From Caecitellus pseudoparvulus (taxonomy: Eukaryota > Protista > Bigyra: Bicosoecida), in assembly GCA_965644315.1 (NCBI GenBank), contig CBFFRQ010000080.1:425580-489579 (forward strand): 64,000 nt of DNA, given 5' to 3'. The position numbers and the translations under genes were made by a program. Numbering within the stretch: the first letter of the stretch is position 1; the number at the start of each line of letters is the position of its first letter. Under the pieces are notes generated by a model. It made no database searches. It saw only the letters and a list, made by a program, of their open reading frames with translations, and had not been told where the DNA came from. Below, in pieces: positions 42,592 to 56,396 of the stretch.

Positions 42592-45500
42592 ATGGATGAG
42601 CAAGCTCACGCTGCGACGCTGTGGCCGCCTGGGCCACCAGCTGAATCAAGTGCTGCTGACCGCGTGTTTGCTTCAGAGGGATTGTGCCGAGAGGTTGGCA
42701 GCTGGTGTCAGGTGAGCTTGGTGCCTCAAACCTGAGCTCGGCAGCATTGGCGTGTCTGCATGCTGTTTTCGGCGTTGTCACTTCGCCCGTGCAGGCTCCA
42801 GGCCTGGCCATGCTGAGCATGCTCACACGCGGTGCCAGCATACACCTGGCTTCCGGAGAGCTGTGGGTGTCCCGTTTGGCGGCGGATTTCCGCGTGGACG
42901 CTCCTGCGGCCGAAGCACAAGCAGTGGTGAGTGCCTGGGCCTGGCATGACGTGTCCCAGCCGTCGCACCACAAGGAACTATCCCGAAGCACACTGCCTTG
43001 CCCCTCGCCCCTCTCCCATGGAGCAGTTTGCGGCACGCGCTTGGTACCGCCGATGGAAGGCTTGTGAAGCCAGGGTTGTGTCCAGCCGCCTCTTGGGCAC
43101 CAGCGACGCTTCCCCACCATGCAGCACCAATGATGCAGGGGAAGCCAGCGCTGTATCAGCGTTGTGTGTTGGATCCTGGACTTTTCCTAGCACACAGGAG
43201 TGGGTGCAGGTGCACTGTACAGGTGTGGCTGTGGCTGAGAACACCAGGCGTGCGCTGGCGAGTGAGGCAGCCTTTGCTTCCCGACTGGCCTGCACAGCCC
43301 TGGTGATGGGCGTCTCCAATGCGAGCTGCGTGGGCGCGGTGCCATTGGTGGCCTCGTGCAAGGCATGGGGTGTGTGGGGAGACCACTGGCCCCTGCCCAG
43401 CCACGGCGACCACACCGCTCTGCCATGGTGGCAGCTACCACAGCCAGGGTCTTGCCAACCACTGACGCGAGCGCCACTGCCCCGCCCCATGCCGGCCCAG
43501 GCACCGCTGTCCGCTGACCTGGGAGCTCACGCGAGCAAGTGGCGCAATCGACGCCTGCTACAAGCCAAGTATGCCCACCCCCACATGCGAGAGGACAAGT
43601 TCGCAGTGTTTCTGAACACCCACGCGCTGGCCACCGCTCCGTCTGAGCCGAGCCGGACGGGCCCCAGCGCTTCCGTGGTGGCTGCTGCCACCCTCAGTCC
43701 TGGGACTGGGCCTGCCCGCACCGCAAGTGTCGGGCCGGACCGAGTAGGAGCTGCAGGGTCCAGCGATGAGGACGAAGCGCAAGTGGGCTTTGGCAGTGGT
43801 CTGTGGGCACCAGCTCCCGCATCGCGGCCGATTCCACTGCCCGAAGGTGGCGGTTGTTTGGCCGTCACCTCTGCCCCACCGACACCCCCCTTCGCGCCTG
43901 CTGCTTCTGAGCAGGGTGTGGAAAGCGATGGCTTCTCGTCCTCCTCCTCTTGCCGCAGTGGCACACGCAGCATGGCAAAGGTGCCTCGCCAGCTCTTTGG
44001 CCGCCCAGCTGTGGTGGGTACTTGCCGGCGCTGGCAGCGGGCTCTGTGGAGTGGGCGTGGCGGTCGTCGCCGGCGCCGCACTGCACAGGCAGCAGATGGC
44101 GGCTGGTCATCCGATGAATCCCAGGCCACAGCCACATCATCCCATAGCAAGCGCAGCCGGCGCAGCGAAGCGCAGGCGCGCAGGGCAGCGCAGCGCCGGG
44201 CCCGCGAAGCACGACGGGCGGAAGCTGCAAAGGTGCCCGCTCCAGCACCGGCCTCGCCCCTCCTGCGGTCCAGTACGTCACTTCCAGGGCATGGGTCTGT
44301 GTCCACGCCCCTCCTTGCACGCCACCCCAGCTGTGACTCCGCGCCGCGTTCAGTGCGTTCGCTGCGCAAGTTGCGGTCTCGCCGGAAGGGCAAGGCAACC
44401 AAGCCAGCCCCTGGCCCCGTTCCGCCCATGTCACCGCAAGTGATGGCGACAAAGGCTAGGCTTGAGGACGCCTGCGTGCCAGACCTGCGTGCTGTGCCAC
44501 TGACACGCAAGCGCAGTGCTTCAGAGGGCGGGCAGGCGACGTCGACTCACCCCGTCAGCCAGCCTGCCAAGGCAGACACGTCAGATGGCTCGGCAGCGGA
44601 GTGGGGCGGGGAGGTGGCGGACTCTGGGGCGGGATCGGAGGCTGACAGGCCTGCTTCCTCCTCTGCATCTGAGGAGGGTGCAGCCAGCACAAGGCGACAG
44701 GATGTTGCTCTTCCCCCTGATCCGTGGGTCATGTCCAGCTGGGCCAGAGAGGAGCCGATGCCCACCGGGCTCTGTCGTGGCGCTGGTGTTGGTGGGCGCA
44801 CTACACCCGCCTGCGCAGTGTCCCTTCGCCATGTGCTGGCGTTTCCTGACGGCAGTGCATGCGTGGTGACACCTTTCCCTCATGGCCCGGGGGCGTGCCC
44901 GCTGCACGAGGGTAGCCTCGACACCCCCCCACTCTCCCCCGCCAGCCTATCTCCCCCCACCGACGCCAGCTTCAGCAGGCAAGAGTGGCGTGCACGGACT
45001 CTACTGTGGCTGCCACGGGTGGGGGGCGAGGCAACAGCGGGCCTGGCTGATACCGCTGTGGTGACGGGCGTAGGGGGCATGCATGATGTGCTGCTGGGAG
45101 GGTACGGCCGAGCAGTGGGCGTGTGGGGTGTGCCGCCCTCCCCCACCACGCAGCCTCCCCAGGCCACCGCGCCAGTGCTTGCGTCACCACATGTGCACTC
45201 AGATACGGTGACAGCAGTGGCTGCCTTGCCCTCTCCCAGCCACTGTACCGTGAGGATGCAAGCGGAGCACCTGGCCCTGCCAGGGGTGCCCGCCCAAGAG
45301 TCTCCACCTGCCAAGTCGCTCCTGGCGGTGCCCAGCACACTGGCCTTGTCAGGCGACCTGGCGGGGGAGGTGCACCTGTGGGGGTTGCCAAACACAGCCC
45401 CGCTAGCTGTGTGCCACCTGTCTGATGGACGGGTGGTGTCTCCCTTGCACCCGTCACACTTGGCCCCACCGCATGCCGTTTCACACTCTACAGTCGCACG

Positions 45501-46494
45501 GGGCTTCTTGGATGACGGGGACGTGGCGCCATGGGCAGGGGATGCAGAGGAGCCGCAGGGCCCAGCGCGCACCCTCCCCGAGGCAGTGAGCGCCTTGTGT
45601 GCCTCCGAGCACATACTGCTGGCGGGGGGCTCCAGGGGAACGGTGGCTCTGTGGAGGCGGCGGCGACGGCGTGAAGATGGGGCAGACTTGCCCCCCACCC
45701 TGCTGCAGCACACACCGGGCGCCCACCAGGTGGTGCGCTTGGCCCAAGCACACTCCGGTCCCAGGGTGGACGTCGCAGTCACAGCAGGGGGGCAGGGGGA
45801 GCTGTGCCTGTGGACTGCAGGGCAAAGTGGCGTGGCTTGCCGCGCCCTCCGCGGTCACAGCGGGCCCGTCACTTCGCTGCTCCTGAGTCAGCACGTGCTT
45901 GTGTCAGCTGGGCAAGAGGGCAAGGTGAGGGTGTGGGGGGTGTCCCGGCACCCTGGCCGCGCACTGAGGTGCCTCAGCGTGTCTGGGGGCGGCCAGGCCA
46001 CGGGAGGGGGCGGAGCAGAGGGCGCCTCAAGCTCTGCCCGGCGCCTGCGCCATCGAGCCAAGCGCAACACGGGCGGGCATGTGGGCATGCCAGAGCCCGG
46101 GGTGGGGGGGTACCCCACGGCGCTGGCATGGCACGCCGGCGCCTTGCTGGTGGGCACGTCCACGGGCTACCTGCATGCAGTGGCGTTGGATGCCTTCAAC
46201 CCCCTGCACACGCCGCTTGCCACACCAGCCCTGCCCCCAGCACCGGCACCGGCGCCGGCCCCAGCTCCAACCGGCACGCCACCGTCCAGACCACAAAGGC
46301 GGCACCCACGACAGTCTCGCCGTGCTACAGGGGGTTGGACAGGGCGCTTTGCAGCTCCAGATACCCCCACGTCACAGTCTGCCAGCCCTGCCAGGCCGGG
46401 CCGAGGAGGCCGCGGGGGCGGATCCACTGGCGCCCAGAGAGGAAGGGGGAGGGCCCGGGGGCGGGGGCGCTCCAAGCGCAGTGGGCGGCGCTGA
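42592..46494 (+). CDS. WD40-repeat protein with a possible divergent N-terminal F-box (introns ~42712-42794 and ~42927-43026)
   Basis: WD repeats HSDTVTAV...LSGDLAGEVHLWG and LRGHSGPVTSL...LVSAGQEGKVRVWG. The N-terminal segment is only loosely F-box-like. Confidence 0.55.
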
Positions 46495-46531
46495 CCGGCA
46501 GCGACAGGCATGCATTGGATCTGTGGCGCAG

Positions 46532-47566
46532 TTAATTCTTGGGAGGCAGGCCCAGCAGCTCGCGCATCTGTTCAAAGACAGCCCAATGCACAGCCATGGT
46601 GGGGACGATCTTGGAGTAGTTGGCAAAGAGGCCCCGATACAGCCCGCCCATGCCCTCTGTGCGAATGACGTACCTGAAGGCCCCGAACATGCTGTCCATG
46701 GCAGGGTTGCGCTTGCTGCCAGCAGCGAAGCCGTCCACTTGGATTCGTCGCCGGATGGAGTCAAAGGGGTATCCAGCCGTCTGGGCGAGGGCGCCGGCGA
46801 TGCCACCCAGCACCAGGGATGTCAGGACGCTGGGACGCTCCTCCCCGCACACCCACTCCTTCAGCGTGCCAAACACCATGAAGTTGGTGCCCAAGTACGG
46901 TGCGATGCCCACGGCAGTGGTGGTGAGGCCCCGGTACAAGGCGGTTGGGCCCTCCTTGCGGGAGATGGTGAGGAGGGCATCCATAATGCCCTTGTACTGG
47001 GCCCCCGTGCCGGAGCTCTGCACAGACAGCCGCCCTCGCACGTAGTCCAGGGGGTAGGTGGCTGTCACGGCTACAACACCTGCACTGCCGCCCAGCACTA
47101 GGCGCTCCAGCGGGCCGAGCTTGCCTTCTCCCCCCGCTGTCCAAGCGAGGTACGCCTCGGAGAACTTTTCAAATGCAAAGAACTGCAGGGCCGCGTAGGG
47201 CGCCACCCGCACAGCGTTGGCGCCGTTGCCCTTGAACAGGCCTGCTACGCCGTCCCGAGCATACATCTGAGAGAGGCCCTTCAAGACGTTCCTGGACAGC
47301 TTGTGTTGCTCAGACGTACCATGCAGCATGTCTTGGGTCTGTTGGATGATCTTCAGCCGCTCCAAGGGGCTGCGCAAGGCAAGGGGCCGTGTGCAGGGTC
47401 CTCAACCATGGGGCAGCGCGTGCGCCAAGGTTGCGCCGCACCTCACGATGGTGCGGCTCATCACCCCAGCCACGGCACCAGACAGGAGCGTCTTTGCATC
47501 TTTCCACTGGATTGGTGCCGCCTCGGCAGTCGCGGCCTCTTTGGATGCCGCTGTGGAGGCGGCCAT
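46532..47566 (-). CDS. Mitochondrial carrier (SLC25) protein, adenine-nucleotide/CoA carrier-like subgroup (one intron)
   Basis: Three carrier motifs (PLERLKI, PLDYVRGR, PFDSIRRRIQ), plus GLFKGNGANAVRVAPYAALQF. Confidence 0.9.
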
Positions 47567-48290
47567 TTCCGTTCGTGGTCTTCGCGTGCCGTGAACCGAT
47601 TTCCGCAGCTTGACGCAGAGCGACGAGGGCCCCTAGTGCGCTTATCACACACAAAGCCACTGGATTCTTGGTGGAGGTCAATGTTGATTGTGTTGCAGTG
47701 CCCATTGCTGCAGGCGCACCCTGCCCACGCCAAGATGCGCCCGCCAGAGTGGGTGCCCCGAGACAGTCAAGCGTCGGTTGCGTGTAGTGTGGTGTTCCTT
47801 AACTTAGGGTGTCCCCGACAGGTCACACCACACATCGGACGTCGTCCTTTGGCTCATAGCTCGACTGTAGCCCTTGCCGCTCCAGCACGCTTTCCCTGGC
47901 CCGACGAGGACATCGTTCGGGTTCCAAGCCACCGTCCACCGGGTGCACCCAAGAAGCCGAGCATCGAAAAATTGTGCTTGAAGTCCACGTGCTCGCTTGG
48001 CAACACCGACCCGAACACGATTCGAGACGTGCGACCTGGGCGTGGGTCCACTAGCACTCGAGCCCGTCCGCCGCTAGAGCCACGTTCCAGGAAGGCAGCA
48101 CTGAAGGGTCAGCCACGACAGAGGGCACCGAACTTAGTAAAAAACAACGCCCTAAATACAAAATCCCGCACCGATTGCTTGTTTTTCGAGTCCGTCGCCG
48201 CCCCAGACGACGCCTGGCGAGTGTGAATGCCGCCAACGGCTGCGTGGGCTGGGTGCGGAATTAGGCAGCAACGCTCCTCCGTGCCTCACC

Positions 48291-50482
48291 ATGGCCACTG
48301 TTGCTGGCCCCGCGTCCCTGACGTACCAACCCCACGTGCTGGCCTCAATACTGCGAAGCCTCTGTGTAACCACGTGCTGCCCCCTGGGGGAGGCCTGGGC
48401 GCCCGTGCCAGGCGACCAGCTGCAGTTTGAGTTGGTGTCGAGCTTTGCACACGGGCCCGGCCAGATCCGGGTGCACGTGCGCACAGAGGGGGGCGCATCC
48501 TTCACACAGCCCCTGGACTCAGCATTTATCCGGGCCAACAAGGAGAGCCACTCCCTTGCGCTGCGCTTGTGCGAAGACACCGTGGAGCGCGGTACGGTCG
48601 TGTACAGCTACTCTGAGCTGGACACCGACGCGCTGCTGAGAGCGCTCGAGTTCCGCTTTCAGACAGCCCTGGCGGTGCCCGTGACGCTGGATGGTGCTGT
48701 GGTTGCTGTGTTGGTGCTCTTTGCCAGCCAGCCCTTGAACGTGCGTACCCCGTGCGCCTCGCGTGCTCGTGTGTGAGCGAAACGTTGGTGTGGCACATCG
48801 GTGCCTGCACTGCGAGGGTTGTGAGGCGGGCAGCTCATCCTACGTGTTTGGCTTCGTACCGTGCTCTTGCTAGTGTCTATCGGCATGTCCCGGCTCCTGA
48901 GGCGAGCCCGCCCCGTTTCAAGCTGAGTTTGGGCGGGCACATCAGCAGCAGCCCTGAAACGCCAGCAGCACGCTGCATTGCACACGGCGCAGCTGCAGCA
49001 TGTGAAACTTCAAGTTCCCCTTGCACCCCCCCCCCGCAGGTGTCTGAGCACGTCATCGGATTCGTGCATTCCACTGCATGCAGCCTGGGCTCCCTCATGG
49101 GCTGGCACAAGTCTTTGGTGACAGCTCAAGCTGCTGGTGGCACGCAGCGAGTGCCTCCTGCAGTCGAGTTCACCAATGTCTTGCCCCAGTTCCCCTCGGC
49201 CAAACCACCTGCTGTCACCCCTACCATGCTGTGTGCGGACAGTGTCCTGCTGACCATGGGCATGGCGTTGGGGGCCTGCAGGTGTGAGTCTTGGTTCCCC
49301 TTCATGGAGGCAACGGGCAAGGCTTGCTTCCGCATCACAGCCCTGGTGCTGCCCTCTTCTGAGGCGGGCTCTGCCAAGTCTGCAGACGGAGACCCAGCAT
49401 CTAACCACCTTTGCGCCAGCATTCAAAGCCGCCCCTCGCAGATGTGGTGGGATCAGGGGGCTCTGGCGTCCCTGGGCTCGCCGGCTAAATCCGCAACATC
49501 CTTCCCCGTCCTGCAGAAAGGTCCCGATGACACTGACACGCTGGCAGCTGTCATCATCATTTTCTGGAACGAGCCATTTGCGCAGCACATGAGTGTCACG
49601 AATTTCCTCTTGCACGCTGCGCACGCTGTGGGCTTGGCGACGCCGTTGGCTGCTGGCCTGCCGCAGGCGCCGTCCTCGCAGCCTTTGCCAGCGGCGCGGG
49701 CGGCAGCTGGCGCCGCTGGCTGGTCCGCTGGCGTGGCGCCTGGGCACACCAGTAGTGGGCCCATGCCCACCATGGCGGGCAGTGGCGTGCCCAGCAGCCG
49801 CCCACCCCCTGCCCGGGTGGCAGCCCCGCCGCGCAAGCGCGGGCGGGATGAGGAGGCACCTGCAGCTGGACTGTCAGCAGCTGCGGGGCGGCGCCGAGAG
49901 GAGTACGACCGCATGGGCGGCACGCGCGAGCTGAGTGCTGTGGAGATGGAGCTGGTGCGGCGGGACGTGCGGGACACAAAGACGGTGCAGAGCGTGGAGT
50001 CCCGGCGAGGCAAGTGGACGCCAGAGGAGGAGGCGTACTGTGCCGAGCTGGTGGCTGGCTTCCAGTCCGGCATCCTGCCCATCGCGGAGGGCACGACCCT
50101 GCGCAGCATGCTGTCTCAGCAGCTGCACTGTGTGGCCATGCGCATCACGAAGAAGTACAACAAGAGCAGCAGCATGGGCAAGCAGATGTACAAGCGCAGT
50201 GCGGCGATGGACCCCATCACCTGGTGCACAGCCCGGGACGCCTGCCTGACCAAGCTGGCCACCCTGCGGGACCGCTTCGTGCAGAAGGTGATGGAGAAGA
50301 GCGGCCTGCAGCTGGACGAGATCGTGCAGGACGCCATCGGCAGCAAGTCCTTCTTTGACAAGGGCATCACGGTGCAGGCCATGACACAGCTGGTGGCGTC
50401 AGCTGGCCTGCCAATGCCTGCCCTGCCTGCTGACGCAGAGGGGGACCAGGACTTGACGGGGGCTGCATCTGCTACTGGTTAG
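48291..50482 (+). CDS. Putative transcription regulator with GAF-like N-terminal region(s) and a C-terminal 'RRGKWT..EE.Y' domain (intron ~48742-49039)
   Basis: N-terminal EAWAP...TALAVPV...VVAVLVLF, a second copy CESWFP...LAAVIIIF, and RRGKWTPEEEAY...F..G.LP...GTTLR..LS..LHC..MRITKKY. Confidence 0.55.
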
Positions 50483-50709
50483 GCTTGCGAGGTGTTGTTG
50501 TGGCGTTGAGTTGGTGATGGTGAAGGTGATATTGGTGGCTGTGCGGCGTGCTGCTTGTGAGCCAGCTGGGTGTGCCGGCTGTCCTTGCGCTGCAGCCCTG
50601 CACGTCAAAATTTACTCGCTGTACAACACAGCAGCAGTGGTGGGGGATCCAGTGAGCGGGGTTGGTGCTGCTGCTGCCATTGGCCGCACCGCACAATCCA
50701 GGGTTCAGC

Positions 50710-53700
50710 ATGGCATCTTCAGGGCAGGTGCGCAGAGCCAGCCTGCGTTGCTCCTTTTCCGCACTTCGCACCAGTCCCGTGCTTCACGCCTGCAGGGGCC
50801 TCAAGGCAAGGCGCAGAGCACGCTGCGCTTCATCGACGAAGATAAGTTTCGTGTGAAGGTGTGGGAGTACTTATTTGGAAATCTTCGCAGGTGTGTGGCC
50901 TGGTGCGAAGCGTGGCGTGTCGCTTTGCCGTTGGCCTACCCTTGAGCTGTGGGCGTCCCAGGTCTGTGGAGGAGCTGTATGCCATGTGCGAGTACGAGAC
51001 GAGTAGTATGCGCTGTGCGGCTGCCATTGACGAGCTTCGCAAGGCCCTGGCAGAGTTCTCCCAGGTGAGGGCGACGCCTGCCTTAGTGCTTGAGGCACCT
51101 TGGTACATGCCATTCTTGCCCGTCGCGTGCACAGCTCGAGCAGCGCTTCGCTGCGATCAGGGACTTCGAGCATAAAGCCATCACTGCAGGCCGACTGCCC
51201 ACCGACCATTCCCGCCCCCGCACCTCTTTGGGGGTGGCGTGGGACGTCAGCATGCCTGGCGCTCCTGCTCGCCAGGCTGGCCTCTCCCGCCTGCAGTTCA
51301 TTGACGTGCTGGAGCGCCTGAAGGAGTCTGGAGAATTGGGGGCCATTCAGGCACAGTACCGGGCAGCGCACACCGACCAGGCACCGCCAGCTCAAGCGCA
51401 GGCATCAGGTGACAGCTCTGCCAAGCGGTGTGCAGCGCAATCGTACGCGGCTGCAGTCAGCCAGACATCCAGCCCGACGGCGGGGCACAAGGCGCGGAGC
51501 GGGGATACTTTTGGCGCCAAGCTCACAAGTGGCGCCCTCCTGGTGCAGTCAGACCCTGAGCCAGTCCCCCGGAAACGCAAGGCAGGGCGGCAGCGGCGAG
51601 GGGGCGGCAGCCGCTCAGCCCCGCCGCCAGACGTGGAGGCGGTGCTACGCGCGCCCCAAGACCGCTTTCCAGAGTTCATGAAGGACTTTGAGGAGTCGAC
51701 ACGACCAAGCCCCTCTCGCACCGAGGCACGAGAGGTGGCAGCTCATGAAGGCGGGCAGGGCAGCGGGCAAGGCGGTGAGGGGCCCAGGACACCGCCGCGT
51801 GTGGCCCGCTCAGCAGACCTGCCGCCGCTGACGACCCCCTCCTCCCCTACGGGTGGAGCTGCTTCGCCTCGCTCAGCGTCAACTGAGGGCCACACCCGGC
51901 GTGCCTTGCTGGACAAGCTCAACTCCCCCGAGCGCCTGCGAGCGTCGGCTGAGGAGACTGCGAAGCGCAACGCAGCCCGGCACGCCAAGGCTGAGGCCAA
52001 CCGCGCCAAGCTGGAGGTACTGCGCCAAGCCAAGCTGCGCGAGAAGGCCAACAAGGTGCGGGCTGTCTCTGAGCGCGCCGCCAAGCTGAAGCCAGGGTCC
52101 ACGCCGCCGCAGTCGCTGGAAACACGCCTGGCGGCAGCGGTGTCCCGCAAGCAGGCCCACATCGACAGTGTTCGGCAGAAGGCGACTTCGGAAAACCAGA
52201 AAGTCGGGGAGGTCGGCTTCATCAACACCATGAACCGTGCCGGGCGTCAGGCAGACATGCAGCAGCGACATGCACGCGTCGCTGTGCGCCGGGAGACACA
52301 CCTGGCCAGCGTGGCGGCCAAAGCGGGCACGTCTGCGGCCAGGGCTGGGCGGGTGGCGGCTGATCGGCACGCCTTGGAGGCCCAGGAGGCGGCTGCCAAG
52401 GCTGCATCCCTTGAGAAGCGGCTGGTGGAGGGCGCGGCGCGGCGCGCGGCTGCCCTGTCTGACCGGGTGGCCAAGGCGGCCTCTGACTCCCCTCGGTCCA
52501 CTCCACCCCCCGGCAAGTCCAGGTGGGGCGTGGATGGCCAAGGGCAGGTGACGAGCTACGAGACAAGCCCTCCACGGGCAGGAGAGGCGGGCAAGGCGAC
52601 CTCATACGCTGCGGCCGTTGGCTTGGGCCAGGCAGGGCGTGAGGGCTCCGCGCGCGCGCCAGCTGCTCCAGCGCGAGTCGCGCCACATTCTGCGCCAAGC
52701 GCGGAAAGTGCTCCGCCCTTGCCGGACCCAGCGCCTGTCCAGCGCCAGAAGCGGTCCGTGCGACGCTCGCCCAGTACCAAGCGGGCGCCAAAGCACAGCA
52801 AGGGCACGTCCTGGGACGGCTTGTCGTCTGATGTGACGTCACTGGTTCTGACAGGGGAGTTCGCGTCCCCTGTCCCACGCAGTGGAGGCGCTGATGACGC
52901 CGCCTTTGCCGTGACGCCCACGCCTGCCCCAGCCCCAAGCCCCCCTCGGCGCCAGGCACGAAAGAGCCTGACCTCTGCCACCACCCACCCAAGAGATGGC
53001 GACGCAGCTGCAGAGGATGCGGGGAAGGAGGAGCTGGAGGCTTTGCTGCGAGGCAGAGCCGCAGATAGCGAGGCAAGTGGGCCCAGCCCCTTGCGCTTGT
53101 TCCGGCTCTCGAGACTTGGCCTACGGCCAGACGCGGCGCCTGAGGCTGTCGCTGTCGCCCTGGAAGGTGCCAAGCGTGCCAGGACCCGAGCCCGCAAGGT
53201 GCGCAAAGCCCTGCACAAGGCAGCCAAGCCTGTGCCAGAAGACGGCACAGGCCGCTTGGGGCGGGTGCCGCCCAACTTGGGCCCCCGCCTCACTCGCGCC
53301 CTCGGCGCAGTGTTGCGGGCAGTGCACACGGACGGGTCTTCAAAGCTGCAGCATCCGACCCTGCTTCCTCTCGCGTGCCCTCTGCCCGGCACGCTGAGCA
53401 CGGCGCTGAGCAGCCTGCTCACAGTTTTGGATTCCTCTGGTGCGTACTGCGAAGCGCAGGCCACCTTGCCGGAGGGCGTGTTGTCGGCCACCTTTCGCCT
53501 GCAGCGCCTGTTCGACCAAGGGCAGGCGGAGGCAGATGAGGGCGGCAGCGAGTTCAGGGCTGTGCCAGGCACTGGCGCTGCCAAGGACATCACCTCCGAG
53601 GCGGCCTCCACCGCAGTCTCCCTGCGCATGACGGGGGTGCAGGCCGCAGCACTGGCAGAAGGGGGCTTCCTGCGCATCGCAGCGTCCACCTGCACCCCGC

Positions 53701-55223
53701 ACCACTTCGAGCAGCAGCCCAGCTTGCTCGTTCTCGCGCTGCGTGTGCTCCTCTTGGCCTGCGCACTGCCCGACAACTGTACTCACATGCTGGAGCACGG
53801 GCTGGTGGTGCCTATCGTCGACACGCTGGCGACTGCGCTGGATGCGCTGCCCCTCGCAGACATGGGCGCGCTGGCCCACTTTCAACCCGCCGCTGTCTGT
53901 TCGGAGCACCTCGCTGCCTTGGGCCATGCAGAGCCGGCGCGCTGGTCGACAGAGGAGCTGGTGCCGCCTGCGCCGCTGGATGAGGTGGCCCGCAAGTCCC
54001 AGCCCGTCGCAGTGGTGATGGCTTCGCTGCAGTTCCTGTGGCTGCTGTACCGCAAAGCCGGCCCACAGCTATCCCTCCTCAGCAAGTACATGGTGCATGC
54101 GGGCGTGCTGCAGCGTCTGACCACCCTCACGGGGCTGCTGCGTGACAGCCCCACCCTGGTGGCCTTCTCACCGCTCCTGCGCACGGTCATGGCGTTTCAC
54201 GTATCTGTGCTGAATTCCCATCCAGCTCAGCGTGTGCCTGTGCTGCATGGGCCGTCTTCCGTCGCGGCAGGGGACGTGGTCACCAGCTGCGTCCTCTCCA
54301 CACACCTGCTGGGGGCGCCCTCCCTCCTCCTGGGCATTCTCATGGCGGTAGCTCCACGAGCGCGGACGCGGACCCACACCCGCCCCAGAACGGCGTCAGG
54401 CAGCCCCGGAGCTGCAGCCAGCGATGCCACCACAGGCGACGCCGTCACAGCGCTGCCGCCCTCGGCACTCGCAACGTGCGTGCTGGCGCTGAAGGTAACG
54501 AACGCCGCCCTCCGCCTGGACCTCAAAGCTGTCTCGACCGCCCTCGGCGAGGCCACCACACAGACCAGCATCTTCCACGCGCTGGAGCACTTGCTGGCCC
54601 ACATCGGGCAGCACCTGGCAGTCGCCCCCACCCCTGGCAGTGGCATCGACGTCACCGAGGAGCTCCTGTGGGAGGTCTTGCTCCTGACAGGGTACTTGCT
54701 GCGAGGGGGTGGCGGGCATGCAGAGATGCTGCGGTGGGGTCCCCCCCCCACCCCCTTGCAGCGCCTCGTCACCCTGCCTTTCCGGTACTTCACCCAGCAC
54801 CCGTACACGGCGGTGCTGCTGCCCACGCTCCTGGCTGCCTGCGCGGCAGATGCTGGTAATGCTGAGGTGGTCCTGAAGCACGTGTCTAAGGACATGCTGC
54901 TGTCCTTCCTTGGCGCCGTGGCGGCGGGCGGCGCGACAGGGCAGCCCTCAGGCACCGTGGTTGTGCACGAGACCGGCGTGCGCCTGGCTCCCTTCGGCGG
55001 CATGCCCGCAGTCATCCTCCCCCCCGCCTTGGCGGGCCTTGTGCCCAGACTGCCCAAGGCATTTATGCCTCAGCACCGTCTGGACCTGTCAGAAGCAGGC
55101 ATGTCAGCCATGCGAGGTGCACTGGCGGCGGCCGAGGGGGCGACGTCCCCCCTGCCCCAGTCTCTCGAAGGACAAGTCACCCCCCCCTCCAAGACAGCGC
55201 CTGATTTCGATGCCATGGATTAG
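50710..55223 (+). CDS. SCAPER: SCAPER-like protein (S-phase cyclin A-associated protein in the ER), multi-exon
   Basis: N-terminal WEYLFGNLRR|SVEELYAMCE, LLDKLNSPER, ENQKVGEVGFIN and C-terminal LQRLVTLPFRYF......VLLPTLLAAC. Confidence 0.85.
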
Positions 55224-55423
55224 AAATGATTTGCACAATTCATCCACATGACTGCCCCTGCGTCTCTTGCTCTCTCCCGCCGCGGGTGGCACTCGGCTTC
55301 CAAGCTGCAAAAACCGCACTGCTTGCCTCGACGTCCGTTGCGACTCCTCCCACTCCGCTTCGAGCGGATCACTGATCAGCGAGCCCTGAAGTACGCACCT
55401 TGAAACGAAATCATCCCAAGGAA

Positions 55424-56254
55424 ATGGCTTCAGGCGTCCCGATCGTGGACGCTGCCGTTCAAGTCGGTGCGTGTGGCAAGGCCAGGTCGCAGCGCCCTGG
55501 CTCTGCGCAAGCCCAGGAGATTGCTTGCACCGCAGGGGCGAACGGCCTGAACGCGTTTGTGTCAGCATTGCACCATGATATCATCATGGTTCATGTCACA
55601 CGCGATGACACGCTGGGCCCAGTGCTTACAACGTGCGTCTTGCCGCTCTCGCCTGGCCCGCCAGCACTTGCTCAGGCCGTCTCAATTCGCTTGACCCTCC
55701 ACAGCGTGATTGGCTCCTGCATCATTGCGATTCTTGGAACCATTGCGCTGTCTCCATGCATTTGGTGCGTGGGAGAGCTCTTTGAACGGCGCCATGCTGC
55801 CAGGGAGGCTGAGCGACTCGCAGCTGGCGAGGAAAAGCTGCGAGGCGGTCGCAAGCGCCGACCCGGGCGCTGTGCCCGGATGGCTGCCTCGATTCCATTC
55901 TGCTCCCTGCCCTCTGCCTGTGCCCTGCCTCGATGCTGGTGCTGCGGGAGTGGCGCGCCAGCCGGCGTGGCTCTGAAGGTGCGGGAGGTGGCTCGCCAGA
56001 GCCTGGCAGATGCAGATGAGAGCAAGTACTGGAGGAGGGTGTTCCTGCCCGCAGGGTCCAGCCATGCCGCACTACAAGCTGCCATCATCGCCAAGCTCCG
56101 GCAAGGCGAGGATGGTGCAGCGTGGGCCGTGACGAGCATGGTGCAGCCTGCACACGGGCTGCTAATGGAGACTGACGACGACGTCGCCGCCTTGAAGGGT
56201 GGCGAAGAAGTAGAGGTGGCTCTACGCAAGAGTGAGGGCAAGAAAGTTGATTAG
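55424..56254 (+). CDS. Hypothetical membrane protein with a Cys-rich linker and a possible C-terminal ubiquitin-like fold
   Basis: Hydrophobic segment VIGSCIIAILGTIALSPCIWCV and C-terminal LLMETDDDVAALKGGEEVEV. An intron near the 5' end is likely. Confidence 0.45.
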   Translation: MASGVPIVDAAVQVGACGKARSQRPGSAQAQEIACTAGANGLNAFVSALHHDIIMVHVTRDDTLGPVLTTCVLPLSPGPPALAQAVSIRLTLHSVIGSCIIAILGTIALSPCIWCVGELFERRHAAREAERLAAGEEKLRGGRKRRPGRCARMAASIPFCSLPSACALPRCWCCGSGAPAGVALKVREVARQSLADADESKYWRRVFLPAGSSHAALQAAIIAKLRQGEDGAAWAVTSMVQPAHGLLMETDDDVAALKGGEEVEVALRKSEGKKVD

Positions 56255-56396
56255 ACTGCGGCAGGACGACCATGAAGCGTCCAGACATGGACGGTGAGGC
56301 AGCTGCGCAAGGAGGAGAGCGAGGGTTGCCGTGCTCAGGTGCTCAGCCAGCCCGTAATGCAAAGGCAACAACATAGGGGGCACGAAGCGCTGCGAG

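Noticed and set aside
47780-47805. GTGTAGTG..GTTCCTT resembling the U2 branch-pairing region
   Set aside because: Only a few bases match, and the U2 5' stem and Sm site are absent.
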